The notes under the pieces: generated by a model | Told to the model about the DNA's origin: nothing | The model's database searches: none | The model's input: the letters and a program-made list of their open reading frames with translations, nothing else | Assembly (NCBI GenBank): GCA_024679065.1 | Contig: JAGIQG010000029.1 | Location: 19,034,001 to 19,098,000, forward strand | Origin: Sphyrna mokarran | Lineage: Eukaryota | Reading direction: 5' to 3' | Length of the DNA stretch: 64,000 bases | In this document: in pieces, positions 1 to 10,774 of the stretch | Numbering within the stretch: position 1 is the stretch's first letter | Layout of the letters: every line of letters starts with the position of its first letter | Position numbers and translations under genes: made by a program

Positions 1-145
1 TCAATAAGCAGTTAGATAAAATATTTGAGGTGAGGAGTATCAAAGGATATGGGGGAAGGCAGAATTATCGGAGGAGTTGGATGGTCAGCCATGAGTGGTG
101 GAGTAGGCAGGAAGGGATTCCTTCTGCTCCTTTTATCTATGTTCC
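1..145 (+). mobile_element. CR1 LINE 3' end fragment
   Basis: Ends '...cttctgctccttttatctatg', similar to the other CR1 3' ends in the window (43640-43775, 55990-56067). Confidence 0.6.
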
Positions 146-195
146 TCAAAAGTTGAGCCACAACTGATTGAGATGTGATCTTGGTACATGGGGAA

Positions 196-545
196 ATGAT
201 GGCCTTGTGGTATTATTGCTAGACTATTAATCCAAAAACTCAGCTCATGTTCTGAGTTTGAATCCCACCATAGCAGGTGGGGGAATGTGAATTCAATAAA
301 ATAATATCTGGAATTAAGAATCTACCGTTAGCTATGAAATTATTGTCGATTTTCAGAAAAAAAGCCATCTGCCTCACTAATGTCCTTTAGGGAAGGAAAT
401 TTGCTGTCTTTATCTGGTTTGGCCTCATGTGACTCCAGAGCTACAACAATGTGGATGACTCTTAACTGCCCTCAGGTAACTAGGAATGGGGACTAAATGC
501 TGGCCAGCCACTGATGCCCATATCCCGCAAAATGAATGAAAAGTA
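196..545 (+). mobile_element. tRNA-derived SINE, family A
   Basis: Head with A box 'tggccttgtggta' and B box 'gtttgaatcc'; tail 'caactagg..aaatgctggccagcc..gaatgaa' matches the LINE end at 26220-26280. Confidence 0.85.
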
Positions 546-1491
546 TTAGGTCCCTCCCATGTATATATAAAGAGTCTGATTCAAGAACCCACCCTGGAAA
601 CATGAGGCTTCACTGATCACTGATATGATAGGTAACATATATCTGGTATACACCCACCTTCCCCCTCCCCACCACCTCAACTCTGCCCCAGTGTTAAACC
701 TTTTGATAGTCATTTCACAATTGTAAAGGCATGCACTGATGAACCACAATTTTTACAATGCAGTTTTTTTTTGCATTACAGTAAAACTATTTTGTGTCTT
801 AGCGAGAAGGCTTTACTAATTCGTGCAATCATATTTAAAATAACGTGGAACATTGGTACCAGTCATTTGCATAATAGTTTATTCACATTAATTGAGATAA
901 AGCTACCACATACACAAGTAAATGCCAACATGGAGTTCAACTGTGACTGGGGTATGATAAGATTATGTAAATGAGGAAGTCTGCACGATAGAGCAGTATC
1001 ATTTTTAGTGGGTAGGCAAACAATAAGCACAGATAGCACAGAGAGAATTATAATGACAAGAACATTGAGGTAAAGCAGATTTGGTTTAAATTATTGAATT
1101 TGCAGGTACAAAGAAAATAAATTTCACCAATTGCAGTTGGTAGCCAAAGTGACACAACTCACCAATCAGATAGGCAGTGATCCTTAACAATGAACAGATA
1201 AAATTCTGAGCCTCACTCTTAGCTTGTAAACAGTGAAAAAACTCAAATAATTGGCACGTTTTACTTGTGTAATGCCACCTCTGACATCTTTGGCAGCCAG
1301 CAAGTGAATCTACGGGTTAAGTGCTACGTTAGTGGTGTCGCTATCTGGTTTTTTTAGTTATTTAGTTCACAGACTTCTTACACAGGTTAAGCACCTGTGA
1401 CATGCAGCATACAATAACGGGCCAAGGTGATAAACAGTGAAACCTTGAAACTGTTGAACCTTTGTGAAGTTGACATTCCAGAGCAGACTTG

Positions 1492-1573
1492 TCAGATGTT
1501 TGTTGTGCTCTTGGACACCTCACAGAAGCAAGTGTCAGCAAATGACTGGAGCAAATGCGTCTGCGATGTTGAT
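1492..1573 (-). CDS. Putative terminal coding exon, copy 1 (STSQTHLLQSFADTCFCEVSKSTTNI*); gene unidentified
   Basis: Acceptor 'cctattccttcccag|'; 82 nt to TGA, same length as the paralog at 35359-35440; minus-strand AATAAA near 878-883. An alternative frame (INIADAFAPVIC*) is also possible. Confidence 0.3.
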
Positions 1574-1649
1574 CTGGGAAGGAATAGGATGAATAGAGAA
1601 ACTATAGTTGATGCTACAGTTAAAAGAAAATCTAACAAAACCTCTACCT

Positions 1650-2178
1650 CCTCAGGAGGCTAAGCAAGTTCGACATGCCAACTATGACTCTCATCAATTT
1701 TTACAGACGCACCATAGAAAGCATCCTCTCTGGCTCTGCAACAGCTTGGTATGGTTCCTGTTCTGACCAAGACTGCAAGAAACTGCAAAGAGTTATGAAC
1801 ATAGCCCTGTCCATCATTCAAACCAGCTTCCCATCCATTGACTCTGTCTACACTTCCCGCTGCCATAGTAAAATAGCCAGCATAATCAAGAACCTGTACA
1901 TACTCTTTTCTATCAGAGAAAAGATACAGATGTCTGAGGTCATGTACCAACTGATTCAAGAACAGCTTCCCCCTTGCTGCCATGAGACTTTTGAATGGAC
2001 CTACCTTATATCGTGTTGATCTTTCTCTACACCTAGCTATGATTGTTAAGCTACATTCTGCACTCTCTCCTTTCCTTCTCCCCATGTGCTCTACGAACAG
2101 TATGCTTTCTCGGTATAGTGCACAAGAAACAATATTTTTCACTGTATCCCAATACATGTGACAGTAATAAATCAAAAA
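1650..2178 (+). mobile_element. Rex1/Babar-type LINE 3' fragment
   Basis: ORF 1675-2019 'INFYRRTIESILSGSATAWYGSCSDQDCKKLQRV' is typical of the Rex/Babar ORF C-terminus; tail 'ttttcactgt...catgtgacagtaataaatcaaa'. Confidence 0.85.
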
Positions 2179-3149
2179 TGTAGTTTATTAATAGTGAACA
2201 GCGACATCGCAAATGAGCTTTGTCATAAATTGTCATGTTTTTCTTGTATTATTTTTGAATTAACTTTCTAAAATGTAGAATTATATAGAACATACAGCAC
2301 AGAACCAGGTCATTGGACTGAGCTGAGCCATTTCCTCACAAGTTTTCCTTCACATTTTCAGATCACTTTATTGTGACGACTGGTTGAGGAGGAATGAATT
2401 GGCTCTTGTTTACTTCAGTCCCTGTGGTTAGTTGCAACAAATATTTTAAAATAAATGTATTTTCCCATGAATGCCTTTTCTAATCCAAATGTATTTATTT
2501 GTTAAGAAGGAGCTAATCAGACTTAGTTTTCTTGAATCAGAGAAAGAATAAGCTACTAAATCTGAGGGAAGATAAAGGATGCGACGACACAGCCACTTCA
2601 AATCAGTAATAAGAAAGTTGAAGTCCAAATAAAAGTTGTCAATAGGGCATAGTTTGTTCAACGTTGCGCTTGTTCAAGGTGTATTGATTACTTTTATAAT
2701 TCTGATGTTGAATTGAAGTTTTGTTACTGCACTTTGCTGGAGACATCCTTTGCTTCAGGGTAAGGGAGAGGGGGAGATTCCTCACTGTTTGACTCAGCAG
2801 TTCTTTTCCATGTGCCTTTGGTCTGTTTCAGACTTTTCAAAACTAGTTTTTAAAACTCCTGTTTGTAAATTCCCAGGAAAGTATTCAATTAACATGTCAT
2901 GAAGTTATTCTTGTCAACAAAAAAAAGTCACATATTTTGATTCTTCTGAAACATTTTGAGATAGTAGAAATCAACAAGGAATAAGGGTTATTTGACCCCC
3001 ACAGAGGGTTTTAAGTGTCTGGTGTGGCATTACTGGTTGTGAAGCAATTCCCATTGTCCTACAGAATTATAGTGGATTAAAAATCTAGGACTTTACATTT
3101 TTAATGTGTTCCTTTCAAGAATCCCACCCTGGAGGCCTATAAAAGGAAC

Positions 3150-3712
3150 CAAAAAAGAAAATGCTGGAAAATTTCAACAGGTCTGACAGCATTTGTATGG
3201 AGAGAAAAGAGCTGATGTTTCGAGTCTAGGCAACTTTGTTGAAGCTAAAAGACATAGAAAGTGGGAGATATTTATACTGTAGGGTGAGGGAATGAAAGAT
3301 GAGTCATAGCCACAGAAGCAAGGGTAGAGGCTGCTAACAGCAGTCCATCGAGAGAATAGAAGGTGTGAGTCACCAGAAGGTGGAGAAGCTGTGACAGATG
3401 AAAACATGGCGGGGAAGAGATGGTGGCAGAAACGTAAAATTGAGAAAAAGAGTGAAGGGAAGAACAAAAATAAAAGACAGACAATAAAGAAATAGAGAAC
3501 AATTAAAAATGAAATGAAAACAAAGGAATCAAGGTGGGATAGAGTTAAACATCTGAAGTTATTGAATTTGATGTTGAGGCCAGAAGATTGTAATGTGTCC
3601 AGCTAGAAGGTGAACTGCCGTTCCTTCAGTTTGTGTTGAACTTCATTGGAGCATTGCAACAGGCCAAGAACAGGCATGTGGGAATGGGAGCAGGATCATG
3701 TATTAAAATGGC
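3150..3712 (-). mobile_element. Penelope-like element 3' fragment (GIY-YIG C-terminus plus pseudo-LTR)
   Basis: Minus translation 'HFNT*SCSHSHMPVLGLLQCSNEVQHKLKERQFTF*LDTLQSSGLNIKFNNFR'; related copy at 56750-57375. Confidence 0.8.
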
Positions 3713-4165
3713 TCGGGTTCTGATGGTGCTCAGCCACTGTCTCTTCATCTTTCCGATATAGAGGTGCTACAATATTTTGACGTTTGAGCACTTGTACTCT
3801 TGATCAGCAGATGCCTCCCAGCACGGGCTTGGCACGGTCAATATCCAGAGCGGCAGATCAAAAGCCTTCATGTCAAGGGCCCCTTACTTCACAAATTCAT
3901 TATGCACACATTGAGAAGGAATTCTCTTCCTTAGTCTTCACTTGTCAGAAATCCCATGACATTTTCTGTGATCATCGTATACATGTTGAAACTGATCATC
4001 AGCCACTTAAAGCTACTCTCAAAAAGTTTCTTCATACTGCATCTGTATGACTGTATCGCATGATGCTTAAACTACAGCACTACAACCTCAAAGTCACCTA
4101 CAGTGAGAAGATGTACCTTTCTGCTGCTCTTTCTAGAGCTTTCCTGCCCACCTGTGATGACAGTT

Positions 4166-4368
4166 AGAAGTCTCATAACACCAGGTTAGCATCCAACCAG
4201 TTTATTTGATAGTAATCTCACAAGCTTTCGGAAACAGTGTTCCTTCATCAGGTGTGTGTTTCCGAAAGCTTGTGAGATTACTATCAAATAAACTGGTTGG
4301 ACGCTAACCTGGTATTGTTAGACTTCTTACTCTGATTACCCCAGTCCGACACCAGCATCTCCACATCA
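4166..4368. mobile_element. Penelope-type inverted pseudo-LTR (about 70-bp-arm hairpin) inserted in the Gypsy remnant
   Basis: 4166-4236 is the near-perfect reverse complement of 4257-4327; contains a hammerhead core; related 3' end also at 5786-5856. Confidence 0.75.
4219..4254 (-). ncRNA. Minimal type I hammerhead ribozyme
   Basis: Minus strand CAC-CUGAUGA-aggaacacuguuucc-GAAA-GCUU-GUG: intact core boxes, stem II, palindromic stem III (AGCU) and stem I CAC/GUG. Confidence 0.7.
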
Positions 4369-5489
4369 TCTGTGACTATCCAGATCATGAGCAGGACATT
4401 AACATACTTGTGTCTTGTTGAATTGAGGAACTTAAGGACGCCCTACAAGCAGATCTCACATGCAGGCAACTACACAAAGTCATTAGGAAAAGCTCGCCCG
4501 AGTAAAAGGAGCTTTCCCATGAGCTCCACTTCTTCTTTATGGGACAATGCCCGACAGTTCATCTCCAGGGAGTGCAAAGTTTTTGCACACAAACGGGACT
4601 TTGAGCACATTACAAGTTGCTCTCTGTATCCACAGTCCAATGGCCTGGCAGAATGGGCAGTATGCTCGGCCAAGCATCTACTTAGTAAACTTGCCTGAGA
4701 CAACACAGTTTTCTATGTTGCACTCCTCAGCTTGCAAAATGTGCCAGGACAGGGCTTGCCCATATCAGCACAGTGAATACTCTCCAGGACCACAAGCCTC
4801 ATTACCAAAGCCCTCTTGCAACTGAAGGTGGAAATCAAGGTGAATGGCACTCTTGTGAAGCAGTGACAAGAAGGGAAAGAGGTATTATGAACACAATGTT
4901 CAGAAATTTGGCTCTCTGGGACCTGGCCAAATGGTTAGGATCCAGATCACACCTGATCACAACAAACAGGTGATGATGGTACCCAGTCATGCCCCTCAGC
5001 CAAATTGTTATGCTGTTGTCTCAGACCCATTACCTGTATCACTTATTGCAGATAACTGAAGCAGCACCATCAATCACCATGCACCCAGCCCCCTGCACCA
5101 TTGGAAATGGAAGATTTCCAGAGACCATGCAATGAGTCCGCAGGTAATGGGTACACCACAAGGATACCTGATGCCATACACAAAGAAACCAACCTCTGGG
5201 CATCCAAAGCACAGCCAACTGACACACTCACATGCTGAGGGTGCCTGAGGAAACCAAATACAAGGTTCAAAGACAATGTGATGAGCTAGTCTACAAATGG
5301 ACTTTGCTTGAAAAGGCACAGGGAGGGGAGGAGACAATGATAGGCTATGTGCCAGCTGCAGCAGCTCAATTAGTGTTTTGCACAAAGTGAATGGTTATGC
5401 TTTGTCCTATTTAACTTTGTATTTTGTAAATGGTTAACACCCTATTGCCTTACACTGCTATATCTCTGTACTATTGGTTATCCCAACTA

Positions 5490-5680
5490 AAGTGAAGGTC
5501 TGGAACGAGCTCCCAGAAGCAGTAATAGAGGCGGGTACAATTTTTAAAGGCAATTAAGCAGTTACATGTGGAAGAGAGGTATAAAGGGATTTGGGACTAA
5601 GTTAAATGGTAAAAACTGGGCAGCATAGACAAGTTGGCCCAAAGGGTCTGTTTCTGTGCCGTAAACTTCCAAGACTCTAC
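5490..5680 (+). mobile_element. CR1 3' fragment
   Basis: 'ggaacgagctcccagaagcagtaatagaggcgggtacaa...' matches copies at 41270-41470 and 52620-52870. Confidence 0.75.
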
Positions 5681-6224
5681 AAGTGGTGAAAATATAGACA
5701 AGGTGGTCATTGGACACTGGGATGATGCAGATACAAAAAGGGGTCACCTGTCGTGATGTGCTCCATGAGCTCATGATTCCAAATATATCCTGTTGGACTT
5801 TAGTCTGGTGTTGAAATTTCGTACTGCGCCCCAGTCTAACGTTGGTATCTCCACATTAGAGATATGGAGCACAGGAGTTCTCTCTGGGGTGCAGGCAAAT
5901 AAACCAGAACTAGTCATAAACCCTCATTATTGTTAGCCCCTTGTTGTTGGTTATTCCAACCCGGTAACTTCTACATCACAAATTTGAATTTGTACTCTGC
6001 TCCGCCAATTGTTGCCAAATGGAAAGAATGAGTTGCCATGTGTCACAGGTTGTTTGAAACAAAAAGAGTGGCAAAGACTCTCATTTTACCCAGAATTAGA
6101 CAAAACATTAAACTTGAACCCAAACATAGGGGAATACACCCATTTATGTTCTGTCACAGCAGCATAAAGAGCTTAGTTCATCTCGAGCAGAGGAACGACT
6201 AAGTCACTGGTTTCAAAATAATGC

Positions 6225-6451
6225 TGAAATAACTCCTCAGAGGCCAGTGTGTCTTCACCAGATTCCCTTTATTTACAAACTGTATACTACTCCTAGAGTG
6301 CTTCAGATACAAAGTCAGAATCTGGAGCACTAGTGGACCTGACACTCCCATTTTTATGTACAGGTATGATTCCCTGATTGGGCAGGCAATCATTAGCTCA
6401 ATCAGGGAGATCGTGGAGGCCAACCTCATGGACCTTGCTGAAGTCATTACA
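6225..6451 (-). mobile_element. Solo LTR (same family as 21017-21236)
   Basis: Minus strand TGTAATG...ATTTCA with CCAAT, TATA-like and AATAAA motifs in order; alignable to 21017-21236. Confidence 0.7.
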
Positions 6452-7004
6452 AATATATCATGAAAAAAAAATCGGGGCTAAACAATGCTTCAATGGATAC
6501 AGAGATCCTGATGATGGTGTAAATTTCCATACCAACTTGTACCTTTAATATTAATGATTTATTACTGAGCAATACCTCAGAGAATAACCCTCCGAAGAAA
6601 GGATTAGAATGGAGAAGAGATTACCAAAGGCATGGCTCCAGTATTTATTTATTGCAGAAAACAAAGAAAACATATGATTATCAGAGAAAGCATGCAAAAA
6701 AAAATCAGAATGTTTCAAACGTATTCAACATTTAGCACAGTATGCAATCAGTAAATGAGAATGTGTGAATGATCAGCATTTATCTTTGGTAAGTAATTAC
6801 ACCAGTCAGAGGTTCAAGATACTCTTGCTTGAATTATTGTGCCAGCAATTTATCCAGCTCAGGATCTTGATGTATATCTATGGCAAATAGCACCAATGTT
6901 TCTTCCTTTCAAAACACCACGTTTCATTCAGTCCAGGAGGGTGTCCTCCACTGTAAAATGAACTCAGCTTCCAAAAGTAGTTTCATCCACTAAATTAAAT
7001 TTAA

Positions 7005-7410
7005 AGATGTGTATTTCCAATGTACAGATTATAAAGAGAGCGTGTTCAGCAGTAGTAAAAATCAATTCACCAAAGATCCTTTGATAGTATCTTCCAAACC
7101 CATGACTACTTTCATCTCAAAGAAGGACAAGGACAGCAGACACATGGGATCTCCGCCACCTGTAAATTCTCCTCCAAGCCACTCATCATCCTGACTTGGA
7201 AATACATTGCCGTTCCTTCTCAGTCACTAGGTCAAAATCCTGGAATTCCCTCCCCAACAGCATTGAGAATCAATCCACAGAAATGGACTGCAGCAATTCA
7301 AGAAGGTAGCTCACCACCACCTCCTCAAGGGCAACTAGGTATGGGCAATAAATGCTGGCTAGTCAGTAATGTCCGTGTCCCATGTATATGAACGAATTAA
7401 AAAAAATCCT
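7005..7410 (+). mobile_element. CR1/L2-group LINE 3' end (partner of SINE family A)
   Basis: Homologous to 25970-26280 and 22270-22910. Confidence 0.8.
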
Positions 7411-7814
7411 TTTTCTATTTGTCTTCTCTGATTAATCGAACTTTTGTCAATTTGACAGATGTTGAAAATATTTTCCTGCTCTTGGACATGATGAGGCGAA
7501 TTTTCCCATTCTACCTGCCGTGGGAATTGTAGCGGGCTTGGGGCGGACCATAGAAAGGTCTATTGACTTTGTGTGGGAATTTCTGGTTTCCGGGTGAGAA
7601 TGGTTTAATTTTTAGACCTAGACCTGGGCCAGAGTGAGGTGGGAGCTAAGAATAGCCTCACAGGCTGATGTTCCAGTTCCCCGGCTCCATCCCCCACTCA
7701 GATCATTTTTCCAAGAACAGTGTGGGGATGGTATGTCAAACCACCTGCAAGCAACCGATAGCCAACACATCAATTGTGCCACTTCAGGCCAAATAAAGTG
7801 GACTTCCCAGTCAG

Positions 7815-8056
7815 CTTGTCCTTGGAGGACAGTTGAGAGTCAACCACATTACTGTGGCTCTGGAGTCACCTGTACATCAAACTAAGGCAAGGATGGCAAA
7901 TTATATTCCCTATAGGATATTAGTGAACCAGATGGGTTTCTCCAATGATCGGCAATGGTTTTATGGTCAATCATACTAGATTGTCAATTCCAGATTTTTG
8001 TCTTATTGAATTCAAATTCCATCTTCTGTCATGGCAGGATTCAAACCCAGATCTCC
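7815..8056 (-). repeat. Inverted near-identical copy of part of the SINE at 8262-8620
   Basis: Reverse complement of 8320-8561 with about 2 mismatches in 242 bp. Confidence 0.9.
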
Positions 8057-8261
8057 TGCAGGATATGGAAGTCAGTTAAGCTGCATGGATAAGGGGTGCT
8101 AAGGCCTGGAAGACCTTTCCACTGCTTGGTGTTATAGTAGTCCCAGGCCTTCCTAAAGCTATTGTAAATTAATGACATACTAATGCAAATGGAAACTTTA
8201 ATTACATGTGGCTTCCTTCAAGCTCACATGATGCACCTTATAACTGTTCCAATAATGAGAG

Positions 8262-8620
8262 ATGATGGCCTAGAGATATTATCGCTAGATTATCAATCCA
8301 GAAAATCAGCTAACACTCTGGAGATCTGGGTTTGAATCCTGCCATGACAGAAGATGGAATTTGAATTCAATAAGACAAAAATCTGGAATTGACAATCTAG
8401 TATGATTGACCATAAAACCATTGCTGATCATTGGAGAAACCCATCTGGTTCACTAATATCCTATAGGGAATATAATTTGCCATCCTTGCCTTAGTTTGGT
8501 GTACAGGTGACTCCAGAGCCACAGTAATGTGGTTGACTCTCAACTGTCCTCCAAGGACAAGTAGGGAAGACAATAAATGCTGGCCAGCCAGTGATGCTCA
8601 TGTCCCATGAATGAATTTTT
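8262..8620 (+). mobile_element. tRNA-derived SINE, family A
   Basis: Full head-body-tail homology to 196-545. Confidence 0.85.
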
Positions 8621-10185
8621 TAAAAAGCTATGCGTTGGCATCCATCCAGCAATGTGGAAAGGTATGTTTTGTCATGAATGTAAACAGTGTCTTCCAACTC
8701 AAGCCTCAGCAGTACACAGCACACACTGTGGAGAACGCCTGGAAAGATATCATGGTGATAGCCGGCACCACTCACCATGTTCACCATTTTTAAGGGACCC
8801 TATCTGGATGCAGATATTGGTGTCACGTATTGTATCTAATGCACAAGATCAGAATGTATATACATTGACATGGGGCGGGGGACGAGAGCAGTGGAGGAGT
8901 GGGGAGGGAGGAAAATGTGCAGGTCAAATGCAAAGAGACAATAAAGACTCAATTCTAAATCATGCTGCTGGAAGAAGCTATGTGGAGATGTGGCTGTAGC
9001 ATCGGAGGGGATGGTGTGAGATAGAGTAGAAATTCGCACAGGTAATGGGAAGCACTGGGGTGGAAGACACAGATACAGAGCAATGAGGGTCAGGGCTCTG
9101 CTGTGGCTCCTCAGCGCTCATTGTCATGTTTTCACTCTTTCAGTGCATGATTTCAGGAGAATCACGAAGCCTACTGTTAGCCTTTTTACTGATCGGGATT
9201 GACCAGCAGCAGAAACAATGATGTGTTGCTATGCAAGGCCAGGCCCTGTGACTTGCAGCTGCTTTGGGAGCAGATCCATACATGGGGGACAATCTAAGAG
9301 ACAGTACTGGCCAAGATCACTTTTATGCTAGTGGTTTGTTCTAGGGTAGCATAGGAAACATCTGGGGGATCTCCCAGTCTGACACTCACAAATGTAAGAG
9401 GAACGTACAATAATGAGGGATGATTTAAGTTGAAGAAACCAGGATGTGGAAACTGTTGGATAGAGATGAGAAATGGCAAGATATCATCTATGTGATTTGT
9501 GTACAGCCCTTTATGCCAGGGCTGAAATGTTTATCAACTTTGACTGGGATCAGATGAGTCACTGCATCTCTATTGATTTATCCCTTAACCTAGTTTGCCA
9601 ATTCACTTTGCTAGCTCAGCTTTTGTGCCCTCACAATTGCCCTTATTTCAGTTTATAAACATTGTCTCAGACCCACTCCTCTCTCCCTCAAACTGAATGT
9701 TTATTCAATCATGTTAAGACCATTGTTACTTAGGTGTAACCATTGTTAGACTTTTACTATAATAAGGGCATCAAATGTGGGCAATTGGGACTAGCTTAGG
9801 GGTTCAAAAAAAAGGGTGGCCAAAGGGCCAGTTTCCATGTTGTAAATCTCTATGACTCTGTCAATTAATAATTACTGTTGATCCATCAGAAGGAACTCTT
9901 CAGTTGTATACAATAAAATAAAACAAGACTTACTCCAACTTATAAATCAAAGAAAAAAAAGGTTTAGTAAAGAAACTTCATTACTCCAACACCTGAGGCC
10001 TCACTGTGGGCCATTCCAAGCTCCCACAAACCCCAGCAGATTCTTATTTATACTTATTTGAGTCAGCTGACCACCACATAATTTTGCCATTGGTTACATT
10101 AGTTGCCACTATACCACTTCCTCCCTCCTTATGATCAAACCATAACTGAATGAGTGAAAAGCTTTCCCTCATTCATCAGATTTTG

Positions 10186-10480
10186 GCAGCACAGTGATTA
10201 GCACATGCTGCACAGTGCCAGGAACTGAGGTTCAATTCCTAGCTTAAGTCACTGTCTGCGTGGAATCTGCACATACTCCCCATGTCTGCATGGGTTTCCT
10301 CCGAGTGCCCCTATTTCCTCACACAGTCCGAAAGATGTGTTGGTTAGGTGCATTGGCCATGCTAAATTCTCCCTTAGTGTACCCGAACAAGTGCCGGAGT
10401 GTGGCAACTGGGGAATTTTCACAGCAACTTCATTGCAGTGTTAACGTAAGCCCACTTGTGACACTAATAGATAAACTTTA
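10186..10480 (+). mobile_element. HE1-like V-SINE, tail type 2
   Basis: tRNA head, V-domain 'gtctgcatgggtttcctccgagtg', tail 'cttcattgcagtgttaacgtaagcccacttgtgacactaata'. Confidence 0.85.
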
Positions 10481-10509
10481 ATTTGAGATTTAAGTATCAG
10501 TTGATCAAT

Positions 10510-10614
10510 GGCCGGAATTTTACCACTCCGTCCACCACAGGAATTGGAGCGAGCAAGGGGCGACAATGGAAAGGTCTATTGACCTCGAGACGAGAGAGGT
10601 TGTAAAACCTGCCC
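10510..10614. mobile_element. Short MITE, Harbinger-type TIRs
   Basis: TIRs GGCCGGAATTTTAC / GTAAAACCTGCCC; internal 'ggaaaggtctattgacc' shared with 7494-7600 and 42371-42500. Confidence 0.65.
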
Positions 10615-10717
10615 TTTGTTTACATCGACAAAGTACCTCAGTAAGAAGCACATAACCTCTGTAACAGTTCCAACTGTATGAAGTATGGGCTGCCAAATGG
10701 CGAGTTTTACCACTCAC

Positions 10718-10774
10718 CATTCTCTTTTGTTTTATTTTCTGAATAAATCTCTTAAAAAGTGAGTCAGCACAAGC
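10718..10774 (-). other. Candidate 57-nt internal exon (ACADSLFKRFIQKIKQKRM)
   Basis: Acceptor 'ccttctgtctacccacag|', donor '|gtgagt'; open in one frame only (phase 0-0); no recognised homology. Confidence 0.25.

Larger units (their letters stand above)
1231..2320. repeat. Duplicated block, copy 1 (paralogous to 35095-35610), interrupted by a Rex1/Babar insertion
   Basis: Shared runs such as 'ctgttgaacctttgtgaagttg', 'ttgtcagatgtttg' and 'gtcagcaaatgactggagca'; homology resumes near 2195 after the LINE. Confidence 0.85.
3880..5960 (+). mobile_element. Degenerate Ty3/Gypsy LTR retrotransposon (RNase H, integrase, PPT, 3' LTR) with nested insertions
   Basis: RNase H-like 'YAHIEKE...HVETDHQPL'; integrase-like 'DNARQFISRE...HITSCSLYPQSNGLAE'; purine tract near 5311-5334. 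Confidence 0.8.

Noticed and set aside
1427-1663. Plus-strand 78-aa ORF over the duplicated block
   Set aside because: The paralog has a frameshift and an in-frame stop in this reading.
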